From the human T2T-CHM13v2.0 reference genome, Homo sapiens, in the NCBI RefSeq assembly GCF_009914755.1, contig NC_060927.1: a stretch of 64,000 nt of DNA. One strand, given 5' to 3'. The translations under genes were made by a program, and so were the position numbers. How positions within the stretch are numbered: position 1 is the first letter of the stretch; every line of letters starts with the position of its first letter. The notes under the pieces were generated by a model. That model was given only the letters and a program-made list of their open reading frames with translations, ran no database searches and was not told the DNA's origin. Shown here piece by piece: positions 30,850-46,300 of this stretch.

Positions 30850-33800
30850 ATAGTGTACATAAAATAACAAAGTACACAAACTATAAATTATATACTGTAC
30901 ATAAAATATGAAATTACATCAAATATATATTAGGTACATAAAATATGAAAGTACATCAAATATAGATTATATACTGTACATATAATATCAATGTACCCAA
31001 AATATATATTTTATACTCTACATGAAATATCAAAGTTCACAAACCATATATTGTATACTGCACATAAAATATCAAAATACCCAAGGTATATATTCTATAC
31101 TGTACAAAAAATATCAAAGTACCCAAAGCAGGTATTATATACTGTATATAAAATATGAAAGTACATCAAATATATATTTTATTCTGTACATAAAATATCA
31201 AAGTACACCAGATATATATTCTATAGTGTACATAAAATATCAAGGTACCCAAACTATACATTATATACTGTACATAAAATATGAAATTACATCAAATATA
31301 TATTATATTAGGTACATAAAATACGAAAGTACATCAAATATAGATTATATACTGTACATAAAATATCAAAGTACCCCAATATATATTATATACTGTACAT
31401 GAAATATCAAAGTTCACAAACTATATATTATGTACTGTACATAAAATATCAAAGTACCCAAGGTATATATTCTATACTGTACAAAAAATATCAAAGTACC
31501 CAAAGCATGTATTATATAATGTACATAAAATATGAAAGTACATCAAATATATATTTTATTCTGTACATAAAATATCAAAGAACACCAGATATATATTCTA
31601 TAGTGTACATAAAATATCAAAGTACCCAAACTATACATTATATACTGTACATAAAATATGAAATTACATCATATATATATTAGGTACATAAAATATGAAA
31701 GTACATCAAATATATATTTTATTCTGTACATAAAATATCAAAGTACACCAGATATATATTCTATAGTGTACATAAAATAACAAAGTACACAAACTATAAA
31801 TTATATACTGTACATAAAATATGAAATTACATCAAATATATAGTAGGTACATAAAATATGAAAGTACATCAAATATAGATTATATACTGTACATATAATA
31901 TCAATGTACCCAAAATATATATTTTATACTCTACATGAAATATCAAAGTTCACAAACCATATATTGTATACTGCACATAAAATATCAAAATACCCAAGGT
32001 ATATATTCTATACTGTACAAAAAATATCAAAGTACCCAAAGCAGGTATTATATACTGTACATAAAATATGAAAGTACATCAAATATATATTTTATTCTGT
32101 ACATAAAATATCAAAGTACACCAGATATATATTCTATAGCGTACATAAAATATCAAAGTACACAAACTATACATTATATACTGTACATAAAATATGAAAT
32201 TACATCAAATATATATTATATTAGGTACATAAAATATGAAAGTACATCAAATATAGATTATATACTGTAAATATAATATCAATGTACCCCAAATATATAT
32301 TTTATACTCTACATGAAATATCAAAGTTCACAAACCATATATTATATACTGTACATAAAATATCAAAGTACCCAAGGTATATATTCTATACTGTACAAAA
32401 AATATCAAAGTACCCAAAGCATGTATTATACACTGTACATAAAATATGAAAGTACATCAAATATATATTTTATTCTGTACATAAAATATCAAAGTACACC
32501 AGATATATATTCTATAGTGTACATAAAATATCAAAGTACCCAAACTATACATTATATACTGTACATAAAATATGAAATTACATCAAATATATATTATATT
32601 AGGTACATGAAATATGAAAGTACATCAAATATAGTTTATATACTGTACATAAAATATGAAAGTACCCCAAATATATATTATATACTCTACATGAAATATC
32701 AAAGTTCACAAACTATATATTATATACTGTACATAAAATATCAAAGTACCCAAGGTATATATTCTATACTGTACAAAAAATATCAAAGTATCCAAAGCAT
32801 GTATTATATACTGTATATAAAATATGAAAGTACATCAAATATATATTTTATTCTGTACATAAAATATCAAAGTACACCAGATATATATTCTATAGTGTAC
32901 ATAAAATATCAACGTACCCAAACTATACATTATATACTGTACATAAAATATGAAATTACAGCAAATATATATTATATTAGGTACATAAAATATGAAAGTA
33001 CATCAAATATAGATTATATACTCTACATTAAATACCAAAGTACCCCAAATATATATTTTATACTGTATATGAAATATCAAAGTTCACAAACTATATGTTA
33101 TATACTGTACATAAAATATCAATGTACCCAAGGTATATATTCTATACTGCACAAAAAATATCAAAGTACCCAAAGCATGTATTATATACTGTATATAAAA
33201 TATGAAAGTACATCAAATATATATTTTATTCTGTACATAAAATATCAAAGTACACCAGATATATATTCTATAGTGTACATAAAATATCAAAATACCCAAA
33301 CTGTACATTATATACTGTACATAAAATATGAAATTACATCAAATATATATTATATTAGGTACATAAAATACGAAAGTACATCAAATATAGATTATATACT
33401 GTACATAAAATATCAAAGTACCCCAATATATATTATATACTGTACATGAAATATCAAAGTTCACAAACTATATATTATGTACTGTACATAAAATATGAAA
33501 GTACCCAAGGTATATATTCTATACTGTACAAAAAATATCAAAGTACCCAAAGCATGTATTATATAATGTACATAAAATATGAAAGTACATCAAATATATA
33601 TTTTATTCTGTACATAAAATATCAAAGAACACCAGATATATATTCTATAGTGTACATAAAATATCAAAGTACCCAAACTATACATTATATACTGTACATA
33701 AAATATGAAATTACATCATATATATATTAGGTACATAAAATATGAAAGTACATCAAATATATATTTTATTCTGTACATAAAATATCAAAGTACTCCAGAT

Positions 33801-36780
33801 ATATATTCTATAGTGTACATAAAATAACAAAGTACACAAACTATAAATTATATACTGTACATAAAATATGAAATTACATCAAATATATATTAGGTACATA
33901 AAATATGAAAGTACATCAAATATAGATTATATACTGTACATATAATATCAATGTACCCGAAATATATATTTTATACTCTACATGAAATATCAAAGTTCAC
34001 AAACCATATATTGTATACTGCACATAAAATATCAAAATACCCAAGGTATATATTCTATACTGTACAAAAAATATCAAAGTACCCAAAGCAGGTATTATAT
34101 ACTGTATATAAAATATGAATGTACATCAAATATATATTTTATTCTGTACATAAAATATCAAAGTACACCAGATATATATTCTATAGTGTACATAAAATAT
34201 CAAGGTACCCAAACTGTACATTATATACTGTACATAAAATATGAAATTACATCAAATATATATTATATTAGGTACATAAAATACGAAAGTACATCAAATA
34301 TAGATTATATACTGTACATAAAATATCAAAGTACCCCAATATATATTATATACTGTACATGAAATATCAAAGTTCACAAACTATATATTATGTACTGTAC
34401 ATAAAATATCAAAGTACCCAAGGTATATATTCTATACTGTACAAAAAATATCAAAGTACCCAAAGCATGTATTATATAATGTACATAAAATATGAAAGTA
34501 CATCAAATATATATTTTATTCTGTACATAAAATATCAAAGAACACCAGATATATATTCTATAGTGTACATAAAATATCAAAGTACCCAAACTATACATTA
34601 TATACTGTACATAAAATATGAAATTACATCATATATATATTAGGTACATAAAATATGAAAGTACATCAAATATATATTTTATTCTGTACATAAAATATCA
34701 AAGTACACCAGATATATATTCTATAGTGTACATAAAATAACAAAGTACACAAACTATAAATTATATACTGTACATAAAATATGAAATTACATCAAATATA
34801 TATTAGGTACATAAAATATGAAAGTACATCAAATATAGATTATATACTGTACATATAATATCAATGTACCCGAAATATATATTTTATACTCTACATGAAA
34901 TATCAAAGTTCACAAACCATATATTGTATACTGCACATAAAATATCAAAATACCCAAGGTATATATTCTATACTGTACAAAAAATATCAAAGTACCCAAA
35001 GCAGGTATTATATACTGTACATAAAATATGAAAGTACATCAAATATATATTTTATTCTGTATATAAAATATCAAAGTACACCAGATATATATTCTATAGC
35101 GTACATAAAATATCAAAGTACACAAACTATACATTATATACTGTACATAAAATATGAAATTACATCAAATATATATTATATTAGGTACATAAAACATGAA
35201 AGTACATCAAATATAGATTATATACTGTAAATATAATATCAATGTACCCCAAATATATATTTTATACTCTACATGAAATATCAAAGTTCACAAACCATAT
35301 ATTATATACTGTACATAAAATATCAAAGTACCCAAGGTATATATTCTATACTGTACAAAAAATATCAAAGTACCCAAAGCATGTATTATATACTGTACAT
35401 AAAATGTGAAAGTACATCAAATATATATTTTATTCTGTACATAAAATATCAAAGTACACCAGATATATATTCTATAGTGTACATAAAATATCAAAGTACC
35501 CAAACTATACATTATATACTGTACATAAAATATGAAATTACATCAAATACATATTATATTAGGTACATGAAATATGAAAGTACATCAAATATAGATTATA
35601 TACTGTACATAAAATATGAAAGTACCCCAAATATATATTATATACTCTACATGAAATATCAAAGTTCACAAACTATATATTATATACTGTACATAAAATA
35701 TCAAAGTACCCAAGGTATATATTCTATACTGTACAAAAAATATCAAAGTATCCAAAGCATGTATTATATACTGTATATAAAATATGAAAGTACATCAAAT
35801 ATATATTTTATTCTGTACATAAAATATCAAAGTACACCAGATATATATTCTATAGTGTACATAAAATAACAAAGTACCCAAACTATACATTATATACTGT
35901 ACATAAAATATGAAATTACAGCAAATATATATTATATTAGGTACATAAAATATGAAAGTACATCAAATATAGATTATATACTCTACATTAAATACCAAAG
36001 TACCCCAAATATATATTTTATACTGTACATGAAATATCAAAGTTCACAAACTATATATTATATACTGTACATAAAATATCAATGTACCCAACGTATATAT
36101 TCTATACTGCACAAAAAATATCAAAGTACCCAAAGCATGTATTATATACTGTATATAAAATATGAAAGTACATCAAATATATATTTTATTCTGTACATAA
36201 AATATCAAAGTACACCAGATATATATTCTATAGTGTACATAAAATATCAAAGTACCCAAACTATACATTATATACTGTACATAAAATATGAAATTACATC
36301 AAATATATATTATATTAGGTACATAAAATACGAAAGTACATCAAATATAGATTATATACTGTACATAAAATATCAAAGTACCCCAATATATATTATATAC
36401 TGTACATGAAATATCAAAGTTCACAAACTATATATTATGTACTGTACATAAAATATCAAAGTACCCAAGGTATATATTCTATACTGTACAAAAAATATCA
36501 AAGTTCCCAAAGCATGTATTATATAATGTACATAAAATATGAAAGTACATCAAATATATAGTTTATTCTGTACATAAAATATCAAAGAACACCAGATATA
36601 TATTCTATAGTGTACATAAAATATCAAAGTACCCAAACTATACATTATATACTGTACATAAAATATGAAATTACATCATATATATATTAGGTACATAAAA
36701 TATGAAAGTACATCAAATATATATTTTATTCTGTACATAAAATATCAAAGTACACCAGATATATATTCTATAGTGTACAT
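30850..36780 (+). repeat. Tandem duplication, 2960-bp unit x2, containing an internal 913-bp repeat
   Basis: ORF starts 31022/31399/31935/32313 recur at 33982/34359/34895/35273 (+2960). Internal spacings 31022->31935, 33446->34359 and 33982->34895 are each 913 bp (377+536). Confidence 0.85.
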
Positions 36781-39700
36781 AAAATATCAAAGTACCCAAA
36801 CTATACATTATATACTGTACATAAAATATGAAATTACAGCAAATATATATTATATTAGGTACATAAAATATGAAAGTAGATCAAATATAGATTATATACT
36901 GTACATTAAATACCAAAGTACCCCAAATATATATTTTATACTGTACATGAAATATCAAAGTTCACAAAGTATACATTATATACTGTACATAAAATATCAA
37001 TGTACCCAAGGTATATATTCTATACTGCACAAAAAATATCAAAGTACCCAAAGCATGTATTATATACTGTATATAAAATATGAAAGTACATCAAATATAT
37101 ATTTTATTCTGTACATAAAATATCAAAGTACACCAGATATATATTCTATAGTGTACATAAAATATCAAAGTACCCAAACTATACATTATATACTGTACAT
37201 AAAATATGAAATTACATCAAATATATATTATATTAGGTACATAAAATACGAAAGTACATCAAATATAGATTATATACTGTACATAAAATATCAAAGTACC
37301 CCAATATATATTATATACTGTACATGAAATATCAAAGTTCACAAACTATATATTATGTACTGTACATAAAATATCAAAGTACCCAAGGTATATATTCTAT
37401 ACTGTACAAAAAATATCAAAGTACCCAAAGCATGTATTATATAATGTACATAAAATATGAAAGTACATCAAATATATATTTTATTCTGTACATAAAATAT
37501 CAAAGAACACCAGATATATATTCTATAGTGTACATAAAATATCAAAGTACCCAAACTATACATTATGTACTGTACATAAAATATGAAATTACATCATATA
37601 TATATTAGGTACATAAAATATGAAAGTACATCAAATATATATTTTATTCTGTACATAAAATATCAAAGTACACCAGATATATATTCTATAGTGTACATAA
37701 AATAACAAAGTACACAAACTATAAATTATATACTGTACATAAAATATGAAATTACAGCAAATATATATTAGGTACATAAAATATGAAAGTACATCAAATA
37801 TAGATTATATACTGTACATATAATATCAATGTACCCGAAATATATATTTTATACTCTACATGAAATATCAAAGTTCACAAACCATATATTGTATACTGCA
37901 CATAAAATATCAAAATACCCAAGGTATATATTCTATACTGTACAAAAAATATCAAAGTACCCAAAGCAGGTATTATATACTGTACATAAAATATGAAAGT
38001 ACATCAAATATATATTTTATTCTGTACATAAAATATCAAAGTACACCAGATATATATTCTATAGCGTACATAAAATATCAAAGTACACAAACTATACATT
38101 ATATACTGTACATAAAATATGAAATTACATCAAATATATATTATATTAGGTACATAAAATATGAAAGTACATCAAATATAGATTATATACTGTAAATATA
38201 ATATCAATGTACCCGAAATATATATTTTATACTCTACATGAAATATCAAAGTTCACAAACCATATGTTATATACTGTACATAAAATATCAAAGTACCCAA
38301 GGTATATATTCTATACTGTACAAAAAATATCAAAGTACACAAAGCATGTATTATATACTGTACATAAAATATGAAATTACATCAAATATATATTATATTA
38401 GGTACATAAAATATGAAAGTACATCAAATATAGATTATATACTGTACATAAAATATCAAAGTACCCCAAATATATATTATATACTGTACATGTAATATCA
38501 AAGTTCACAACTATATATTACATACTGTACATAAAATATCAAAGTACCCAAGGTATATATTCTATACTGTACAAAAAATATCAAAGTACCCAAAGCATGT
38601 ATTATATGCTGTACATAAAATATGAAAATACATCAAATATATATTTTATTCTGTACATAAAATATCAAAGTACACCAGATATATATTCTATAGTGTATAT
38701 AAAATATCAAAGTACCCAAACTATACATTATATACTGTACATAAAATATGAAATTACATCAAATATATATTATATTAGGTACATAAAATATGAAAGTACA
38801 TGAAGTATAGATTATATACTGTACATAAAATATCAAAGTACCCCAAATTTATATTATATACTATACATGAAATATCAAAGTTCACAAACTATATATTATA
38901 TACTGTACATAAAATATCAAAGTACCCAAGGTATATATTCTATAGTGTACAAAAAATATCAAAGTACCCAAAGCATGTATTATATACCGTACATAAAATA
39001 TAAAATTACATCAAATATATATTTTATTCTGTACATAAAATATCAAAGTACTCCAGATATATATACTATAGTGTACATAAAATATCAAAGTACCCAAACT
39101 ATACATTATACACTGTACATAAAATATGAAATTATATCAAATATATATTAGGTACATAAAATATGAAAGTACATCAAATATAGATTATATACTGTAAATA
39201 TAATATCAATGTACCCCAAATATATATTTTATACTCTACATGAATATCAAAGTTCACAAACCATATATTATATACTGTACATAAAATATCAAAGTACCCA
39301 AGTTATATATTCTATACTGTACAAAAAATATCAAAGTACCCAAAGCATGTATTATATACTGTACATAAAATATGAAAGTACATCAAATATATATTTTATT
39401 CTGTACATAAAATATCAAAGTACACTAGATATATATTCTATAGTGTACATGAAACATCAAAATACCCAAACTATACATTATATACTGTACATAAAATATG
39501 AGATTACATCAAATATATATTATATTAGGTACATAAAATATGAAAGTACATCAAATATAGATTATATACTGTACATAAACTATCAAAGTACCCCGAATAT
39601 ATATTATATACTCTACATGAAATATCAAAGTTCACAAACTATATATTATATACTGTACATAAAATATCAAAGTACCCAAGGTATATATTCTATACTGTAC

Positions 39701-40259
39701 AAAAAATATCAAAGTACCCAAAGCATGTATTATATACTGTATATAAAATAAGAAAGTACATTAAATATATATTTTATTCTGTACATAAAATATCAAAGTA
39801 CACCAGATATATATTCTATAGTGTACATAAAATAACAAAGTACACAAACTATAAATTATATCCTGTACATAAAATATGAAATTACATCAAATATATATTA
39901 GGTACATAAAATATGAAAGTACATCAAATATAGATTATATACTGAACATATAATATCAATGTACCCCAAATATATATTTGATACTCTACATGAAATATCA
40001 AAGTTCAGAAACCATACATTATATACTGTACATAAAATATCAAAGTACCCAAGGTATATATTCTATACTGTACAAAAAATATCAAAGTACCCAAAGCATG
40101 TATTATATACTGTAGATAATATATGAAAGTACATCAAATATATATTTTATTCTGTACATAAAATATCAAAGTACACCAGATATATATTCTATAGTGTACA
40201 TAAAATATCAAAGTACCCAAACTGTACAATATATACTGTACATAAAATATGAAATTACA

Positions 40260-43200
40260 TCAAATATATATTAGGTACATAAAATATGAAAGTACATCAA
40301 ATAGATATTTTATTCTGTACATAAAATATCAAAGTACACCAGATATATATTCTATAGTGTACATAAAATAACAAAGTACACAAACTATAAATTATATACT
40401 GTACATAAAATATGAAATTACATCAAATATATATTAGGTACATAAAATATGAAAGTACATCAAATATAGATTATATACTGTACATATAATATCAATGTAC
40501 CCGAAATATATATTTTATACTCTACATGAAATATCAAAGTTCACAAACCATATATTGTATACTGCACATAAAATATCAAAATACCCAAGGTATATATTCT
40601 ATACTGTACAAAAAATATCAAAGTACCCAAAGCAGGTATTATATACTGTACATAAAATATGAAAGTACATCAAATATATATTTTATTCTGTACATAAAAT
40701 ATCAAAGTACACCAGATATATATGCTATAGCGTACATAAAATATCAAAGTACACAAACTATACATTATATACTGTACATAAAATATGAAATTACATCAAA
40801 TATATATTATATTAGGTACATAAAATATGAAAGTACATCAAATATAGATTATATACTGTACATTAAATACCAAAGTACCCCAAATATATATTTTATACTG
40901 TACATGAAATTTCAAAGTTCACAAACTATATATTATATACTGTACATAAAATATCAAAGTACCCAAGGTATATATTCTATACTGTGCAAAAAATATCAAA
41001 GTACCCAAAGCATGTATTATATACTGTATATAAAATATGAAAGTACATCAAATATATATTTTATTCTGTACATAAAATATCAATGTACACCAGATATATA
41101 TTCTATAGTGTACATAAAATATCAAAGTACCCAAACTATACATTATATACTGTACATAAAATATGAAATTACATCAAATATATATTATATTAGGTACATA
41201 AAATACGAAAGTACATCAAATATAGATTATATACTGTACATAAAATATCAAAGTACCCCAATATATATTATATACTGTACATGAAATATCAAAGTTCACA
41301 AACTATATATTATGTACTGTACATAAAATATCAAAGTACCCAAGGTATATATTCTATACTGTACAAAAAATATCAAAGTACCCAAAGCATGTATTATATA
41401 ATGTACATAAAATATGAAAGTACATCAAATATATATTTTATTCTCTACATAAAATATCAAAGAACACCAGATATATATTCTATAGTGTACATAAAATATC
41501 AAAGTACTCAAACTATACATTATATACTGTACATAAAATATGAAATTACATCAAATATATATTAGGTACATAAAATATGAAAGTACATCAAATATATATT
41601 TTATTCTGTACATAAAATATCAAAGTACACCAGATATATATTCTATAGTGTACATAAAATAACAAAGTACACAAACTATAAATTATATAATGTACATAAA
41701 ATATGAAATTACATCAAATATATATTAGGTACATAAAATATGAAAGTACATCAAATATAGATTATATACTGTACATATAATATCAATGTACCCGAAATAT
41801 ATATTTTATACTCTACATGAAATATCAAAGTTCACAAACCATATATTGTATACTGCACATAAAATATCAAAATACCCAAGGTATATATTCTATACTGTAC
41901 AAAAAATATCAAAGTACCCAAAGCAGGTATTATATACTGTACATAAAATATGAAAGTACATCAAATATATATTTTATTCTGTACATAAAATATCAAAGTA
42001 CACCAGATATATATTCTATAGTGTACATAAAATATCAGAGTACCCAAACTATACATTATATACTGTACATAAAATATGAAATTACAGCAAATATATATTA
42101 TATTAGGTACATAAAATATGAAAGTACATCAAATATAGATTATATACTGTACATTAAATACCAAAGTACCCCAAATATATATTTTATACTGTACATGAAA
42201 TATCAAAGTTCACAAACTATATATTATATACTGTACATAAAATATCAATGTACCCAAGGTATATATTCTATACTGCACAAAAAATATCAAAGTACCCAAA
42301 GCATGTATTATATACTGTATATAAAATATGAAAGTACATCAAATATATATTTTATTCTGTACATAAAATATCAAAGTACACCAGATATATATTCTATAGT
42401 GTACATAAAATATCAAAGTACCCAAACTATACATTATATACTGTACATAAAATATGAAATTACATCAAATATATATTATATTAGGTACATAAAATACGAA
42501 AGTACATCAAATATAGATTATATACTGTACATAAAATATCAAAGTACCCCAATATATATTATATACTGTACATGAAATATCAAAGTTCACAAACTATATA
42601 TTATGTACTGTACAGAAAATATCAAAGTACCCAAGGTATATATTCTATACTGTACAAAAAATATCAAAGTACCCAAAGCATGTATTATATAATGTACATA
42701 AAATATGAAAGTACATCAAATATATATTTTATTCTGTACATAAAATATCAAAGAACACCAGATATATATTCTATAGTGTAAATAAAATATCAAAGTACCC
42801 AAACTATACATTATATACTGTACATAAAATATGAAATTACATCATATATATATTAGGTACATAAAATATGAAAGTACATCAAATATATATTTTATTCTGT
42901 ACATAAAATATCAAAGTACACCAGATATATATTCTATAGTGTACATAAAATAACAAAGTACACAAACTATAAATTATATACTGTACATAAAATATGAAAT
43001 TACATCAAATATATATTAGGTACATAAAATATGAAAGTACATCAAATATAGATTATATACTGTACATATAATATCAATGTACCCGAAATATATATTTTAT
43101 ACTCTACATGAAATATCAAAGTTCACAAACCATATATTGTATACTGCACATAAAATATCAAAATACCCAAGGTATATATTCTATACTGTACAAAAAATAT

Positions 43201-43390
43201 CAAAGTACCCAAAGCAGGTATTATATACTGTACATAAAATATGAAAGTACATCAAATATATATTTTATTCTGTACATAAAATATCAAAGTACACCAGATA
43301 TATATTCTATAGCGTACATGAAATATCAAAGTACACAAACTATACATTATATACTGTACATAAAATATGAAATTACATCAAATATATATT
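40260..43390 (+). repeat. Tandem repeat with 1291-bp period (378+377+536), about 2.4 copies
   Basis: ORF starts 40526/41817/43108 and 41281/42572 are 1291 apart. Confidence 0.82.
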
Positions 43391-46300
43391 AGGTACATAA
43401 AATATGAAAGTACATCAAATATAGATTATATACTGTAAATATAATATCAATGTACCCCAAATATATATTTTATACTCTACATGAAATATCAAAGTTCACA
43501 AACCATATATTATATACTGTACATAAAATATCAAAGTACCCAAGGTATATATTCTATACTGTACAAAAAATATCAAAGTACACAAAGCATGTATTATATA
43601 CTGTACATAAAATATGAAATTACATCAAATATATATTATATTAGGTACATAAAATATGAAAGTACATCAAATATAGATTATATACTGTACATAAAATATC
43701 AAAGTACCCCAAATATATTTTATATACTGTACATGTAATATCAAAGTTCACAACTATATATTACATACTGTACATAAAATATCAAAGTACCCAAGGTATA
43801 TATTCTATACTGTACAAAAAATATCAAAGTACCCAAAGCATGTATTATATACTGTACATAAAATATGAAAGTACATCAAATATATACTTTATTCTGTACA
43901 TAAAATATCAAAGTACACCAGATATATATTCTATAGTGTATATAAAATATCAAAGTACCCAAACTATACATTATATACTGTACATAAAATATGAAATTAC
44001 ATCAAATATATATTATATTAGGTACATAAAATATGAAAGTACATGAAGTATAGATTATATACTGTACATAAAATATCAAAGTACCCCAAATTTATATTAT
44101 ATACTATACATGAAATATCAAAGTTCACAAACTATATATTATATACTGTACATAAAATATCAAAGTACCCAAGGTATATATTCTATAGTGTACAAAAAAT
44201 ATCAAAGTACCCAAAGCATGTATTATATACCGTACATAAAATATAAAATTACATCAAATATATATTTTATTCTGTACATAAAATATCAAAGTACACCAGA
44301 TATACATACTATAGTGTACATAAAATATCAAAGTACCCCAATATATATTATATACTGTACATGAAATATCAAAGTTCACAAACTATATATTATGTACTGT
44401 ACATAAAATATCAAAGTACCCAAGGTATATATTCTATACTGTACAAAAAATATCAAAGTACCCAAAGCATGTATTATATAATGTACATAAAATATGAAAG
44501 TACATCAAATATATATTTTATTCTGCACATAAAATATCAAAGAACACCAGATATATATTCTATAGTGTACATAAAATATCAAAGTACTCAAACTATACAT
44601 TATATACTGTACATAAAATATGAAATTACATCAAATATATATTAGGTACATAAAATATGAAAGTACATCAAATATATATTTTATTCTGTACATAAAATAT
44701 CAAAGTACACCAGATATATATTCTATAGTGTACATAAAATAACAAAGTACACAAACTATAAATTATATAATGTACATAAAATATGAAATTACATCAAATA
44801 TATATTAGGTTCATAAAATATGAAAGTACATCAAATATAGATTATATACTGTACATATAATATCAATGTACCCGAAATATATATTTTATACTCTACATGA
44901 AATATCAAAGTTCACAAACCATATATTGTATACTGCACATAAAATATCACAATACCCAAGGTATATATTCTATACTGTACAAAAAATATCAAAGTACCCA
45001 AAGCAGGTATTATATACTGTACATAAAATATGAAAGTACATCAAATATATATTTTATTCTGTACATAAAATATCAAAGTACACCAGATATATATTCTATA
45101 GCGTACATAAAATATCAAAGTACACAAACTATACATTATATACTGTACATAAAATATGAAATTACATCAAATATATATTATATTAGGTACATAAAATATG
45201 AAAGTACATCAAATATAGATTATATACTGTACATTTAATACCAAAGTACCCCAAATATATATTTTATACTGAACATGAAATTTCAAAGTTCACAAACTAT
45301 ATATTATATACTGTACATAAAATATCAAAGTACCCAAGGTATATATTCTATACTGTGCAAAAAATATCAAAGTACCCAAAGCATGTATTATATACTGTAT
45401 ATAAAATATGAAAGTACATCAAATATATATTTTATTCTGTACATAAAATGTCAAAGTACACCAGATATATATTCTATAGTGTACAAAAAATATCAAAGTA
45501 CCCAAACTATACATTATATACTGTACATAAAATATGAAATTACATCAAATATATATTATATTAGGTACATAAAATACGAAAGTACGTCAAATATAGATTA
45601 TATACTGTACATAAAATATCAAAGTACCCCAATATATATTATATACTGTACATGAAATATCAAAGTTCACAAACTATATATTATGTACTGTACATAAAAT
45701 ATCAAAGTACCCAAGGTATATATTCTATACTGTACAAAAAATATCAAAGTACCCAAAGCATGTATTATATAATGTACATAAAATATGAAAGTACATCAAA
45801 TATATATTTTATTCTGTACATAAAATATCAAAGAACACCAGATATATATTCTATAGTGTACATAAAATATCAAAGTACCCAAACTATACATTATATACTG
45901 TACATAAAATATGAAATTACATCAAATATATATTATATTAGGTACATAAAATATGAAAGTACATCAAATATAGATTATATACTGTACATAAAATATCAAA
46001 GTACCCCAAATATATATTTTATACTCTACATGAAATATCAAACTTCACAAACCATACATTACATACTTTCCATAAAATATCAAAGTACCCATGGCATATA
46101 TTCTATACTGTACAAAAGATATCAAAGTACCCAAAGCATGTATTATATACTGTACATAAAATATGAAAGTACATCAAATATATATTTTATTCTGTACATA
46201 AAATATCAAAGTACACCAGATATATATTGTATAGTGTACATAAAATATCAAAATACCCAAACTATATATTATATACTGTACATAAAATATGAAATTACAT

